Shown here: one piece after another, positions 26,007 through 38,881 of the stretch
Numbering within the stretch: position 1 is the stretch's first letter
How the letters are laid out: each line of letters begins with the position of its first letter
Source: Kudoa neothunni
Taxonomy: Eukaryota; Animalia; Cnidaria
Length of the DNA: 64,000 bases
Reading direction: 5' to 3'
Assembly: GCA_964304625.1 (NCBI GenBank)
Contig: OZ199838.1
Coordinates: forward strand, 9,141,245-9,205,244
Notes under the pieces: generated by a model
Databases searched by the model: none
Told to the model about the DNA's origin: nothing
What the model saw: the letters and a program-made list of their open reading frames with translations, nothing else
Made by a program: the position numbers and the translations under genes

Positions 26007-28001
26007 ATTGGCGCGATCTTGAGCGACTGTTCCCGATTAATCTGCTGGGAGGGGGCGTAAGAAAATTACCTCAAATTAAAACCATATATAGCACTTTTCA
26101 AGCGAATCTTCGTTTACTCGAAGGAAACGTGATCATTTGTAATTTCGATATGACAGGTTCCAGAAACAAACGAAGTTGGTTTTCATTTATAAAAGGTGAT
26201 TATTGGGGACCAGAATGGCAATAATGATTGTTTACTTGCCGCTCATACATAAGTTTTTTAAATAAAGAAGGGTACTTCTAAAAAATTTTATGGTTATTTA
26301 TTTTGCGTCGGAAGAAGGTTCAATGGGAAAATATACCAAATATGATTCTCTTTTATGGATTCATGTTCCAAATATATAATTTTTTCTGTTTATGAATTAA
26401 AATCTATACATGCTTACTTCACATTATTTTTCTAATTAAATTGACGATTTTGAATAACTTCTTTACATCATTTAATCAATTTTTTATGGTACTTTTTATA
26501 TTGTTAATCCCTATTAGTTATGAGATTTTCAGCTTTAAAGCTGAGAAAGAGAGCCTGCTGTTTAATTTAGCGATATATTCTCATACCCAGAGCTAAAAAT
26601 ATTTCAAGCAGAAGTAACAAGTTACATTCCAATCTTGACAACACAAAATGCACAAATATATTCGTTAGATTGGAGGTTTAAAGTATTAGTCACTTTTCAA
26701 AATTGAGATTTTTCACCTAATTAAAAAGGTGTCAACTAGTCAGAACTGAACTACGGGTAATTTCAAAGGAATCAACACCGTTTTAAATTCAAGTCATTAT
26801 TTCGTATACGTCTAACCATACCTATTTCATTTTGGAATAATTTTATAAACATTAAAAATGAAATATTATATGTAAAAAAATTTAATCACAAATTGCATGT
26901 AATTTACATGATCTTTTAAGATAGGAAGTGTTTATTGATCCTTACAAATTTAGCCCCCTATTTGTAGTTTTGACTATAATTCATTATCTTTGAACCATCG
27001 TAACACTCTCGATTATCAGTAATGTGAACTTCTAATAAATACTAATGAATTCATCATATCTGAAATCTAAAAATAGGAGTTTTAAGATTTAAAAATATAA
27101 GCTGCGCGTGCATGCACATTGAAGATTAAATCGGTACCAGAAACTAGCAACAATCCAATTATAATTATTCAGATTGTACTCTCAAAAATTCTTTAGACAA
27201 AATAGAAAAAGATCAATAAAAATTATCTCAGTATAGGTTTTATCGAGACTGACTACCTAAAATACATGAATGTAGATAGTCAATATAACTCTTAAATATA
27301 TATTAGTAACGTTTGAAAAGAGTCTATAATTTATAAACAATCCATATTCAGTAATATTTTGTTTACTTTTGAATGATAACAAGAAATCAACGAATTTAAA
27401 ATATTCATGTCATTAGCATATGAACTTACAACATGTTTTTCAAACGAGTGCAGATTTACACAAACTTGCAGGAAAGTCTGTCGCTGAAGTCATTTTCATT
27501 AATACTTACTTATCTCTAAAAGCGATACATGAAATTATCACGTTACTTTACAAATTTAATCCTTTGTTAGAATCGGTCAGAAATTCTTACAATATAGCAA
27601 ATATGTTATCTATCTCACCAAATTAATATGTTCTCATTACTATATAAATACAAACTAAAAATGATTGTGTTAATTTACATTTTTATTATTTTGAGTAATT
27701 GATTAAAGGAGTTGATTAAGAAGTGTAAACACCATGGCTTCCATTTAGTAATATTGTAACCTGCAAAGAACATGAAATAATTCAAATTTTTATATTTGTT
27801 GGTTTAAGAAGTTGTAAATTAATTCAAGCTTGTAATATATTAATAAATAATTTTCTTGTCTATTTAAATTTACAGAGATAAAACTTTAAAAGTGTCTCAA
27901 AAAAGTTGTACTCTAGTCAGCTAGCATGGTGAATAATCAATCGCGTGCAGAGAAAGTAAAATCACATCTCGAACCACGTGAGCGCACGCGCATATCAAAA
28001 G

Positions 28002-31000
28002 ATGGTTAATATCGATTCGGTAGGAAATGATTACGTCAAAAATGCATCATTTATAACATATTCAAGTGAGGATATTCTGAAAATAAGCGTAAAGCAAATT
28101 ACCCAACCAGTGACGTTAACAAATCTTGGTGTGCCTGTCACTGGGGGGTTGCTTGATTCAAGTTTGGGAGCTACTGAATTGAACAATGTGTGTTCAACTT
28201 GCCATTTGAATGAAAGACAATGTCCTGGGCACTTTGGTCACATCAAACTCTCTCTTCCTGTGTTCAATCCATTATTTTTCAAGTTGTTACAAAATTTGTT
28301 GAAAGGCACTTGTTTTTTTTGTCACCGACCGTACATTAAGAATCTGACCAAGAAAAAATTTTTGATTCAATACAAATTGATAAGAGAAGCAAAGTTTGTT
28401 GAGTGTGAAGAGTTGGAAGGTTTGATCAGTAGATGGACGCGTAAAATGCTTAATAAAGCGGTTAAACTCCAAGAGACATCTACAGCTAATGAATGTTTGA
28501 TACTTGCCAAAATAGACAGATTCCACAGGAAAAACACCGATTCTAATAACACGCCAAAAGATACTGAAATATTGACTAGCGCTATCGTTGCACGACTGGA
28601 TGAACATTTGAGGACTTTTATGAATGGTATCTACCTCGACGTTGGTTCAAAATATTGTAACCACTGTGGTTTGCCAAAACTGAAAGTTCATAGTGAATTT
28701 TCCACGGTGTTTATATTGAAACATACAAAGAACGACTTCAAAGTGATTCGAAAGTTGAATGAGTTGAGTAATGAATTTTTGGAAGAGTCATCAGTGAAAA
28801 TAAACGATAAAACCTTTTCTACAAATCATTATCTGACTGCGCTGGATGTGAGAATTCACTTGAATAAAGTGTGGGATACTGATGCTGAGCTAATATGTAC
28901 TTTGATGAATCGCGAAAATTCGCGCGACGTAGTTGAAAGTTTTTTCATGGATCATATTTTGGTGGTGCCACCAAAATTCCGTCCAGTATCGGTTTTTGGT
29001 GATTCAAAATATGAAAATCCCATGACTGCAATGTATATCAATATCATTACTACCTCCTATGTGTTGAACGAAATACTGCACTCGATGGATGTTGAAGCAG
29101 CTCCACATGAAAAAATTAAATTGAGAATTCACGTGTTGGGAAATGGATTTAAGGGAAAGGAGTCTTTCGAAAAAATCCAATCTGCCTGGACCCAACTACA
29201 AACAAATGTCAACGGCTTGGTGGATGCTGAACTTCTACGAACCAATTTGAAAGATAGATTGGTTGGAATAAGACAAATTCTAGAGAAAAAAGAAGGTCTT
29301 TTTCGCATGCACATGATGGGCAAGCGTGTCAACTATGCAGCCCGTTCTGTTATTACTCCAGATCCATATTTGGATGTGGATGAAGTTGGTCTTCCGGAGA
29401 TATTCGCTTCCAAACTTACTATCCCAGAGCCTGTTACCGATGCCAACTTTCATCGACTTCAACAAGCCGTTTACAATGGCCCGGCTAACTATCCTGGTGC
29501 TAATATGATTGAAAAAAGTTCTGGCCATAAAGTTTACATTCAGGCGCATCGCCCTACCAAGCGTGACGCATTGGCCAAACAACTAATAAAAGAATTCGAT
29601 TATGATAAACTTAACTCTGAAGACAGCTACCAATACAGAAAAGTTTATAGACATGTGGTTGATGGTGATATTGTGTTGATGAATCGACAACCCACCCTTC
29701 ATCGACCTAGTATAATGGCACACAGAGTGCGTGTTCTACCCAAGGAGAAAACCATTCGTATGCATTATGCCAACTGTAAATCTTACAATGCAGATTTTGA
29801 TGGCGATGAAATGAATTCTCACTGTCCTCAAACGGAACTGGCTCGTTCTGAAGCATATAATTTGGTTGCAACTTCCAAACACTACCTTAGCCCTCGAGAT
29901 GGAAAACCACTCACCGGTCTAATTCAAGATTACATGATATCGGGAGTAATTCTCACTATGCAAGACAGATTTTTTACTCGTGACCAATATCATCAACTTG
30001 TGTATGCAGCATTTATTGACTTTCCAGGAAGAATCAAAACTATTCCTTCGGTGATAATCAAACCATATCAGCTATGGACTGGAAAAGCTGTCATATCCAC
30101 TATAATGCTCAATGTTACACCGCAAGAAAGAAAACCCATCAATGTTAATAGCAGCAGTAAACTCACCGACAACCTATGGAGTATTACAATCAATGATCCC
30201 ATTCTGAAGGAGATGACAGACAGCCAAGTTATCATTCGTGATGGAGAACTTCTTGTTGGCATTCTTGATAAGAATCAATATGGTGCAAGTCCATATGGTA
30301 TTATACATTCATTTTTCGAGGTGTATGGAGGTTGCGTGGGTACCAAATTATTGTCGGTACTTGGAAGATTGTTTATTGCCTACCTTCAAATACATGGTTT
30401 CACATTGGGTATTGAAGATACTATTTGTGTGGAGGGTGCACAATCAGCCAGAAACGCACTTATTGAGGAATCGAAGATGTGTGGTTTTGATGTACTAAAA
30501 AAGGCGTTTCACGCGGATGACACCGACACACAGGAAGATCTAATCCATCTCTACAAGAAATTCCATTGTAGAAACAACGTCGAAAAACTCAACGAAGTAG
30601 AATTTTCAGCCAAACATTATACCAATGAATTTCAAAATCAAATCAATAGTGCCTGCTTGCCTAATGGTCTTATGAAAAGATTCCCTCGAAACAACCTCCA
30701 ACTTATGATTCAGTCAGGCGCAAAAGGCACATCAGTCAATGCAATGCAAATATCATGTTTGTTGGGGCAGATAGAACTGGAAGGTAAACGTCCTCAAATG
30801 ATGACTACTGGGAAAACTTTGCCATGTTTTCCAGCCTACGATCCATCCATTGCTTCGGGCGGTTTCACAACTGGTAGTTTTCTCTCTGGTTTACAACCAA
30901 GTGAATTTTTCTTCCATTGTATGGCTGGCCGTGAAGGTTTGGTTGATACTGCTGTAAAAACTAGTAGAAGTGGTTATTTGCAACGTTGTCTTATCAAACA

Positions 31001-33275
31001 CATGGAAGGTCTTGCTGTGAATTATGATCTTAGTGTTCGTGACAGTGATGGTTCTATTGTCCAGTTTTTGTATGGTGAAGACGGCTGCGACACAACCAAA
31101 ATTCAGTTTGCGTTCGACAGTCGGTTCGATCTAATATCTATGAACCACCGTAATTTCTATGACGAACTCAACGTTGAAAGTGCCTCCAAATATCTGGATT
31201 CAAGAAAAGCATCCAAATATTTCAAATCGGTGGAGAAAGCTTTCAAGTCGTACTCACGTTCTTACACTGACCCAACATCGAACTACAAAATCATTGGCTA
31301 TCACTCAGATTTCAATCACAAGTTACCTTCAGCTTTCCAGCGTTATTGTTCCGATATCCCATTTGACCGTACTCCCGCTGCTGCAGATGAAAAATATAAA
31401 GCATGGCACGATTTGGACAATGAAACAAAATGTCACTACCTTTCCTATTCGAAAGGATGCCCATTGCCAGTTTTAGCATCCTACGCACCGACACATTACA
31501 TGGGATCAGTGTCGGAAATGTACAACGATTTGTCCAAAGGTTTCATCAAAAAGGAAGTTTTCAAGAAATATTCTGCAACTGTTGTTAATGATCGCGACGA
31601 AAATGCCTCGGATCTCTTCAACATCAGATGGAAATGTGGAAGGAAACTTTTTGAAAAATTAACCAAATTAAAGTATGTAAAATCGTTGGTCGATCCTGGA
31701 GAGTCTGTTGGCATTCTTGCTGGCCAATCTGTGGGTGAGCCATCCACTCAAATGACACTGAACACGTTTCATTTTGCTGGTCGTGGTGAAATGAACGTCA
31801 CCTTGGGTATACCACGTTTACGTGAAATTCTTTTGGTCGGTTCAGCCAGAATAAAAACGCCAACCATTACTGTTCCGGTGCTGAATGAAAATCCGCAAGC
31901 TCTCCAAGTTGCTCAAGAACTTGAGAAAAAACTAACGCCCATTTCCTATTCGACGTTTCTCCATAAGGTGACTATCACCCATAACAAACTTTATGATCCT
32001 ACTCAAAAATCCTTGGTTCGTTCCTTCACACTAAAATTCGATTTTATCGACTCAAAAACATTGAAACATGAATATAACGTTAATCGCAAGCATCTATTAT
32101 CTTTTTCTGAGAGGATATTCGTGAAAAAGTTGGCCATCGAACTCAACAAAACTACCAAGATAAAAAAGAACTTTTTTATTGTTAACGAAGAAAAATCCGC
32201 CAACAAAGACAATGATGAGAACATTCATCGGGATAGCAACAAAGATATGGAGGATGATGATGATGATGATACTGACAACCAACCAAACACCAATGGAGGT
32301 AATGACTACAACAAACAACAATCATCATCGGATGATGATGACATTGAAGATTATGGTGAAAATAGCGATGCACTGGAATCAAACGATGAGTTATCGATTG
32401 ATGCTGATGGCAACGCTCATCACCCACCTCTCACTTCCACTATGGTTAACCATGAAGATGGCCTTACTGTTACATCTATTGAAAATCTCTTTGATTCCGA
32501 TAATGACGACGAAGCCAATAATGGCTCAAAGTACCCCTTGTTGACTGGTGCTGCCAGCGATAAAGCAACCCAAAAAGACAAATCAAAACGAATCAAGCAA
32601 ATTCTTCAAAATTACAGTTTTCTTTCCGGCTACAACTTTGACGATAAACACCATAAATGGTTTGAACTTAGTTTCGAGTTGCCTGCCAATCTCAGTAAAA
32701 CCTTCATGACTCCTCTGATTAAACGTGTGACCAACAATGTCAAATACAACTATGTGGTGGATATTAGCCGATGTTTCATGATGTCCACCACAAAAGCCAA
32801 TTCAGATGTTCCATCCCATGTGCTGACAGTTGAAGGTGATAATATACGGGAATTGTGGAAGTATGGCGGTGATTCGTTGGATTTCAACCAACTCTATTGT
32901 AACAACATACAAAAAGTGGCGTCTTATTATGGAATTGAAGCGGCCAGAATTGTGTTAATCAAAGAAATTCAAAATGTTTTCGGCGCTTATGGTATCACTG
33001 TCAATTATCGACATTTGTCTTTGGTTGCTGACTACATGACATTCCGAGGTACATACAATGCCTTCAATAGATTCAGTTTTACAAGCTGTTCCTCCCCCTT
33101 CCAAAAAATGAGCTACGAAACTACAATGAATTTTCTACGTTATGCATGCTCGTACGGGCAAAATGACCCTATTGAATCACCTTCAGCAAGATTGGTTATT
33201 GGTCGTCCCGTCCATGTTGGTACCGACTTTTTTGACGTTCTAACCAAACTTACTACTTCTGGAGCCTCACACTGA
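28002..33275 (+). CDS. POLR1A: RNA polymerase I largest subunit RPA1
   Basis: CPGHFGHI, KEGLFRMHMMGKRVNYAARSVI, YNADFDGDEMN, TSRSGYLQRCL, GEPSTQMTLNTFHFAGRGEMNVTLGIPRL (Pol I type) and an acidic expander insert at about 32170-32560. First ATG at 28002. Intronless. Confidence 0.99.
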   Translation: MVNIDSVGNDYVKNASFITYSSEDILKISVKQITQPVTLTNLGVPVTGGLLDSSLGATELNNVCSTCHLNERQCPGHFGHIKLSLPVFNPLFFKLLQNLLKGTCFFCHRPYIKNLTKKKFLIQYKLIREAKFVECEELEGLISRWTRKMLNKAVKLQETSTANECLILAKIDRFHRKNTDSNNTPKDTEILTSAIVARLDEHLRTFMNGIYLDVGSKYCNHCGLPKLKVHSEFSTVFILKHTKNDFKVIRKLNELSNEFLEESSVKINDKTFSTNHYLTALDVRIHLNKVWDTDAELICTLMNRENSRDVVESFFMDHILVVPPKFRPVSVFGDSKYENPMTAMYINIITTSYVLNEILHSMDVEAAPHEKIKLRIHVLGNGFKGKESFEKIQSAWTQLQTNVNGLVDAELLRTNLKDRLVGIRQILEKKEGLFRMHMMGKRVNYAARSVITPDPYLDVDEVGLPEIFASKLTIPEPVTDANFHRLQQAVYNGPANYPGANMIEKSSGHKVYIQAHRPTKRDALAKQLIKEFDYDKLNSEDSYQYRKVYRHVVDGDIVLMNRQPTLHRPSIMAHRVRVLPKEKTIRMHYANCKSYNADFDGDEMNSHCPQTELARSEAYNLVATSKHYLSPRDGKPLTGLIQDYMISGVILTMQDRFFTRDQYHQLVYAAFIDFPGRIKTIPSVIIKPYQLWTGKAVISTIMLNVTPQERKPINVNSSSKLTDNLWSITINDPILKEMTDSQVIIRDGELLVGILDKNQYGASPYGIIHSFFEVYGGCVGTKLLSVLGRLFIAYLQIHGFTLGIEDTICVEGAQSARNALIEESKMCGFDVLKKAFHADDTDTQEDLIHLYKKFHCRNNVEKLNEVEFSAKHYTNEFQNQINSACLPNGLMKRFPRNNLQLMIQSGAKGTSVNAMQISCLLGQIELEGKRPQMMTTGKTLPCFPAYDPSIASGGFTTGSFLSGLQPSEFFFHCMAGREGLVDTAVKTSRSGYLQRCLIKHMEGLAVNYDLSVRDSDGSIVQFLYGEDGCDTTKIQFAFDSRFDLISMNHRNFYDELNVESASKYLDSRKASKYFKSVEKAFKSYSRSYTDPTSNYKIIGYHSDFNHKLPSAFQRYCSDIPFDRTPAAADEKYKAWHDLDNETKCHYLSYSKGCPLPVLASYAPTHYMGSVSEMYNDLSKGFIKKEVFKKYSATVVNDRDENASDLFNIRWKCGRKLFEKLTKLKYVKSLVDPGESVGILAGQSVGEPSTQMTLNTFHFAGRGEMNVTLGIPRLREILLVGSARIKTPTITVPVLNENPQALQVAQELEKKLTPISYSTFLHKVTITHNKLYDPTQKSLVRSFTLKFDFIDSKTLKHEYNVNRKHLLSFSERIFVKKLAIELNKTTKIKKNFFIVNEEKSANKDNDENIHRDSNKDMEDDDDDDTDNQPNTNGGNDYNKQQSSSDDDDIEDYGENSDALESNDELSIDADGNAHHPPLTSTMVNHEDGLTVTSIENLFDSDNDDEANNGSKYPLLTGAASDKATQKDKSKRIKQILQNYSFLSGYNFDDKHHKWFELSFELPANLSKTFMTPLIKRVTNNVKYNYVVDISRCFMMSTTKANSDVPSHVLTVEGDNIRELWKYGGDSLDFNQLYCNNIQKVASYYGIEAARIVLIKEIQNVFGAYGITVNYRHLSLVADYMTFRGTYNAFNRFSFTSCSSPFQKMSYETTMNFLRYACSYGQNDPIESPSARLVIGRPVHVGTDFFDVLTKLTTSGASH

Positions 33276-33667
33276 TAATGTCGCACCCTATCCTATCCTG
33301 CCCTCCCTCTTATATGTTATGTTATGTGTTTTACTTACTGCGATAACTTAAGATAAAATAAACTCCTAGTGCACACAAAAACACATTATACATATGACAA
33401 ATATTAGTTTAGATATAACGAATCGTTTTAGCAATATGTACTATAAATATTGGATTTTTATGTTGATGTGATTGTTTTTTTGAACGCAATAGCAGCAACA
33501 ACTGTTGAACAACGACCTTCATCAGTCATTAGTGAATAGGAGATTTTTTAATGTGGTAATGTGTTATTTGATAAAGTTGAAGTTTTTTAACAATGGAAAA
33601 GTTCAATTAAATAAATGACGAGGGTGTAACAGCTGCTGGTACAATAAGTTAAGGAGTTTTCGAGCAA

Positions 33668-34684
33668 TCAGTGAATTTGGGTGCATGTGCAGGGACCAAC
33701 ATTTTTTTGAATAGCCTCACGAATGGCACAGGCGTCCAGCGAGGGAGAGTCCCGTTGATCTTTTATGATGTAGATAACTTTTTTGGTTCGGCGACCTTTT
33801 TTACTAAGGTTGGGTTGTTTTTCCAAAACAACACTAGATGAGGTGGTTTTCTCCTCTTTAGAAATGTATCCACTTTCCTTATTGTTTTTGGAGGAGTTCT
33901 CATCGTAGTTGCCGTTCGCAAGCGGAGTTGGATCGTAAGTAGTGGCTTTGCTATCCATAACACTTTTGGTTTCTCCAATTTGTTCAGTCTTTTCGTTTTC
34001 AGAATTCTTGGGAGCGCTAGGTTTGTCTTCATTTGATTTTGTATCCTTAGGATTTTTTCTAAAGTTGGGTCTCATAAAATTTTTTGCAGGCCTTCGATAC
34101 GATTGATTGTATCTTCTCGGATATTGTGGTATGTATTGGGGATTGAAGAATCGTATTATTCGGGCATATCTACTGGCTCTGGCTGGTTTACCTTCCGGTC
34201 CTGTAACATTCCTTGCTTCAGGCCCCTAATTGAAATTAGTTGAATTGTTAAGATGACATTAATACCTTAGAGGCTTGAAATATATCAAAAAACACAACTT
34301 CTCCATCACCAATACTTTTGGCTTTGTTTGGTGAACTACGCTTTATTCCATTCTAAGTGTTGTAATTATTATTAATTTTTTGTCCATAAATTCTACTTTA
34401 TGAACAAAAACGTCCTCCTGAGTATCCAATCTTTTGATAAATCCGTATCGAAATTTCACATTATACCACTTGACTATTCCGTACACACCTTGTTGGAGAC
34501 ATATTTCTTCAGATTTAAACTTCTTGCTGGTATCACTCTCAGACTTGCTTAGGGTGGATTCCATCTTTTCGTTACATTGTGATAAACTTCTGTCTATTGT
34601 GGATGAACTTAACAGTGACTTGCTGTTCATGGATTTAGATGCTTTAGTAGGGGAGGATGGTTGTTGCACAATAGCTTGGCTCAT
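33668..34684 (-). CDS. Y-box (cold-shock domain) protein; exons 34684-34397, 34352-34266, 34225-33668
   Basis: GIVKWYNVKFRYGFIKR..DVFVHK|..KSIGDGEVVFFDI..|GPEARNVTGPEGKP..SRYA. Introns of 44 and 40 nt, both GT-AG. Confidence 0.92.
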
Positions 34685-35427
34685 TCAGTCGACTGTCGAC
34701 GGTAATTGACCTGGTTCGGTGAAAACAATTAAACAAATATGGGTGTTTGAGGTGTATCTTAGGAAAGGTTATTGTTTTGGACTTCTGGATAGTTCTACTC
34801 CCTCGCCAAACCAATGGTCTCCTAGTTATCTGCAATGCTCCACTTGTCATATTCATTTTATGTACAATAAACTAATAACTATTTAATTCGAACCGAAAAA
34901 TATTACTATAGTAATATTAGAAATAACAATACTAAACCAGTTTAATTATTTATTGTATTCAGAATTTGAAAATACAATAGGTTTATAGTTCGTTTAATTG
35001 TACAACTCACATTGCTAAGCTCCTTTGAAGTTTGTTTAATAATAACACCTAAATAATTAGTTGAGAATTCTGCAAATCATAGCTAAAAATTTCTGGATTT
35101 TGTCAAAATCTATTATTATATTTTTAATATCTTATACTGAAATATTAAAAATAAATAACCAAATAATATTGTGAATGAGCAACAAACTTTTTTGCTACAT
35201 AATATCAGTTCAAAGCTCCCCCAAGTGAATATGCACCGTAAACTTTAATTAAGAAATAATTTTTTGCGCAATCTTCAATATCACAATATTTTTAAAATAA
35301 AAGATTATTGTTGGAAAAAAGTGATATAAAAATTATTCCTATTTTAAAAATAAATTGTAGGAATAAAAACGACTTGTAATGAATATAATTAATCCATTCG
35401 TGCATTTACATCTGCTTGTATTATAAT

Positions 35428-37333
35428 TAGGGTTGGCGACTTTCGACGTTTATTTTTTTTTACAAACCGACGGTTTTAATTGATCGAAATAAATAAAAAT
35501 TTAAAATCTATATTTTTTGCGAAAAACAATAAAATTGACCTAAATACTGTCTAATAAGTAATATTATAGTTGAGATTTACTGTGAGGGACCATTGAAATT
35601 TAACACTAATAACATTGTGAGGCGTTCAACTGTAAGATTCATCTTTTCTTTGCCGAAAACATACCTTAATTTTGAAAAGCTCCTGTCGACGTTGATGGAT
35701 GATATAGGAATAGTCAATAAATCCTCCGAAAGTTGTGAAAAAACTGGACAGCTGTTTGATTTATTCTTCCAGAAATCATTGTTGATGGATGGATCTGATT
35801 CTTTCAAAATTTTGCAGAGGAGATCATATTCTTTTTGAGTTTCAGACTTCACATTTATCTATAAAAATAAATAAGACCAGCAATCCACATTTTAGATTGT
35901 AATTTTATTTTTCGGATCAATTTCTTTAATCGTTCGGAAAAATGTAGTCGATGGCAAACAATCGTTAACACTATTTATTACTGACTGGTGAATCTCATAA
36001 ACAATTTCAGAACTCAAACTTTCTGTTTTAATCATTAATTGACTTCTATATTCAAATGGAATAAGTCCGAGAATATCTTTATAAACTGTGATTAAATCTT
36101 TCGGGTTAATTCTAAAGTCATCTTTTATCCAATCAGCAATTCTTGAAATAGAGCAGTTTTCCTCAGTTCATCCATTAAAATATTTAATGGACAATAAAAT
36201 GTATTGTAAATATCTGAATCAAATTCAATTATTGAGTTCAATTTTTGTTCTGTTTCATATTTTTTAGTTTCTTTTAAGAACCAGTGACTACAGGATAGCA
36301 ATCATTTATGTGTTTTAAACAGTTAAAGAAACTACATCATCGTATGTCCAAAACACGAGGAATTTCCTACGTTGTTTGGAAGTTATCTTTTAGATGAACC
36401 CAAAACTTCCTTTTATAATTACCATTTTTTGATAAAAGGGCGAAAACTTCACGGCAAACCTTTTTGTATCGGAAAAGTATTGATTTGTAGCTTTTTGAAC
36501 TGCCAAATGAATAATGTGTGAAAAACATGGATTTCTGATGATAGCTGTTATACATGGTTCTCAAATTCTTAAAATACTTTTTCATGTACTGTGTTGAGTC
36601 AGAAACAATCGCAATGCATTTATCCCATTTTAAGTCGTACCAATTTGGTACACTAGATATGTGATCAGCTATGATTACGGATTTGCATTTAACAGGCCTC
36701 GAAGAATCAAGCTTTATAGTTCTCCCTTTACCGGTAACGCAATCAGGAAAAGAAGCTAATGCATTGAAAATCGGCATATTTTTCGAATCAGGGGACTCAT
36801 CAATTATTAAACTAAATCTTACATCCCTCATCGCTGATCGCTGATTTAATGTTATCGACACCTTCTTGGAATACAGCCAAATGATATTTATCAGTCAATG
36901 TTTTCCCATTTGGCAAGGATCTCGAAGCTGAGCAATACTTAAAAGGGAACCCCCACAAATTACATTTTTTACTAATTGCATCAAATGGAAGACCGTCAAC
37001 AATTTCAATCTTCACCGAATCGATTTCAATATTACTCAATTTAGATCTGTCGAGATTTAGAATATTTTTTAACGGTATTGTTTTAGAAACCTTTGACGTT
37101 ATTGACAAATATTCCTGTGAACTGAAATGTTCTTGAATTTTGTTTTGTTTACGCGGCAACCGAAACTTGCAATATTTACAAGGCAAGGAATCGCCAGCAG
37201 CCTCTAAACCAGCCCACGACACTAAATAATTGGTAATATCACGTCGCTTCCTACCCATCTTAATTCGATGTTGACATGTCAAAATCGTTTTTTACCGATC
37301 AAAATAGATTTTAATCGAAACTCGCCAACCCTA
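35428..37333 (-). mobile_element. hAT transposon with decayed transposase
   Basis: TIR TAGGGTTGGCGA(C/G)TTTCGA. Perfect 8-bp TSD ATTATAAT. Fragments encode a BED-like CKYC finger, LIIDESPD and hATC (FWK..PISSINVDRSFS), with frameshifts. Confidence 0.93.
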
Positions 37334-38881
37334 ATTATAATCATAGGAGTATACTCATATAAAGTTCTCATATTTGTCCGAGCTTGAGTTTACAGTTGTA
37401 CGTGTGTGTTAAACTAAAATTATTTGGAATACAGCATTTAGTATACACTTGATAGGAATAGATTATTATAAAGATTTTCTATTTCACATAAAAGTATTAA
37501 TATAATGAATATTGTTCTAAGAAGTAACGAATTGCTATATGCCCTATAACCAAGAAGATCAGCACGTACCCGTGAAGGATTTATATTCGTTTGTTTCATA
37601 TTAAAAGTTATTTAAAATTTGCTTTTATATTCTATAGGAGAAAATAAATTAATTGAAGAGTATAATGTTCTAAAGATGCCAAATATGCCACGAAGAGAAA
37701 TTTTAAGGCGGGTGAAGCCATTAACATCATATTTACCAGAGATATTGCACACCCCTTAAATTTCGTGGTATATACCAATTTTTAGGATATGAATTAAATA
37801 TTCAAACATTACAGATATATTTTAAATACAAATGATTTGAGATTATAAACTGTTATCGTAAACTTTACGACGTAAAGTAATGAGTTGGCGGGGCTACACG
37901 CAATCTAAAACCTATTTAAGATGTGCGTAGAGTTTTTAAATTCTATAATTTCTGTTCAAACTTCTTAGCTACTATTTATATTTCTCCCAAGTTCATAAAA
38001 ATGTTAAAATATGATATCAATCATGTTAATCGAATAAGATTGAAATGATATTCATTTTTCCAAAAATTTTGTCGCTTTTTTAATTTAAATAAACTTTCTT
38101 ACTTTAAAACTGATACAACTGATGTAATAATTTTCTACATTAGATTTAACTATTCTTAAAGAAACATTTAATCTCCAAATCCAAATTTTTTTTCCTAGCT
38201 TAAAGTTAATATCTAAATAAAAACCAAAAAGATTTATATGCTAAAAAATTGAATATGGTGTCAAAACTGTATAAAACATGGCCTGTAGATGAAATAGATA
38301 ATTTTAGAATCCACACTTGATTTAATTCGAAAAAATTACAGTCTGATCTTATTACGCACTATTCTGTTAGTAAATAAAAAATTAATGCTGTATTGGATAA
38401 AACCGATATTATTATAATATGCATACTTATTTTGGATTAGTTAATATAATTATCCCCAAATAATTCAAAGAGAAAGTTTCCATCAAAAATACCACCCCTC
38501 GATAAAAATCAATCGATATTTAACTTTTTATTTAGTTTTTTTAAACTAAAAACACATATTTTCAACTTTCATATTTTTTTAATTTAGGTCGTGTTGGTTT
38601 TTTTACCCCAATAATATTAGTGCAACTAAATTTATTCTAAAGTCTAAAAATTGTGTTAAAATAGCGAACGTATAGTATTCCGCTCACAAATATTTTTATT
38701 TGAATAAGCTTAAGATCATCCACAATATAATCGGGAGTAATATTTGACATTATTTTTTTGGGCATCATCCTCATTTTTATTACCTATCCTTTTAATATCT
38801 AGGCTAATTTTCAAGCATATAACTTAAAAATTATATATTTTTTAATTTTTCAATAGTACACAAAATTTAAATACATTAAGA

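Noticed and set aside
27978-28001. GTG start for RPA1, and other TTG/GTG starts in the ORF track
   Set aside because: Eukaryotic locus. An in-frame ATG lies at 28002, and most such ORFs are internal exons.
28287-32544. Short antisense and alternate-frame ORFs inside RPA1, including poly-Met and poly-His ones
   Set aside because: Shadows of the coding strand and of the GAT repeats in the acidic loop.
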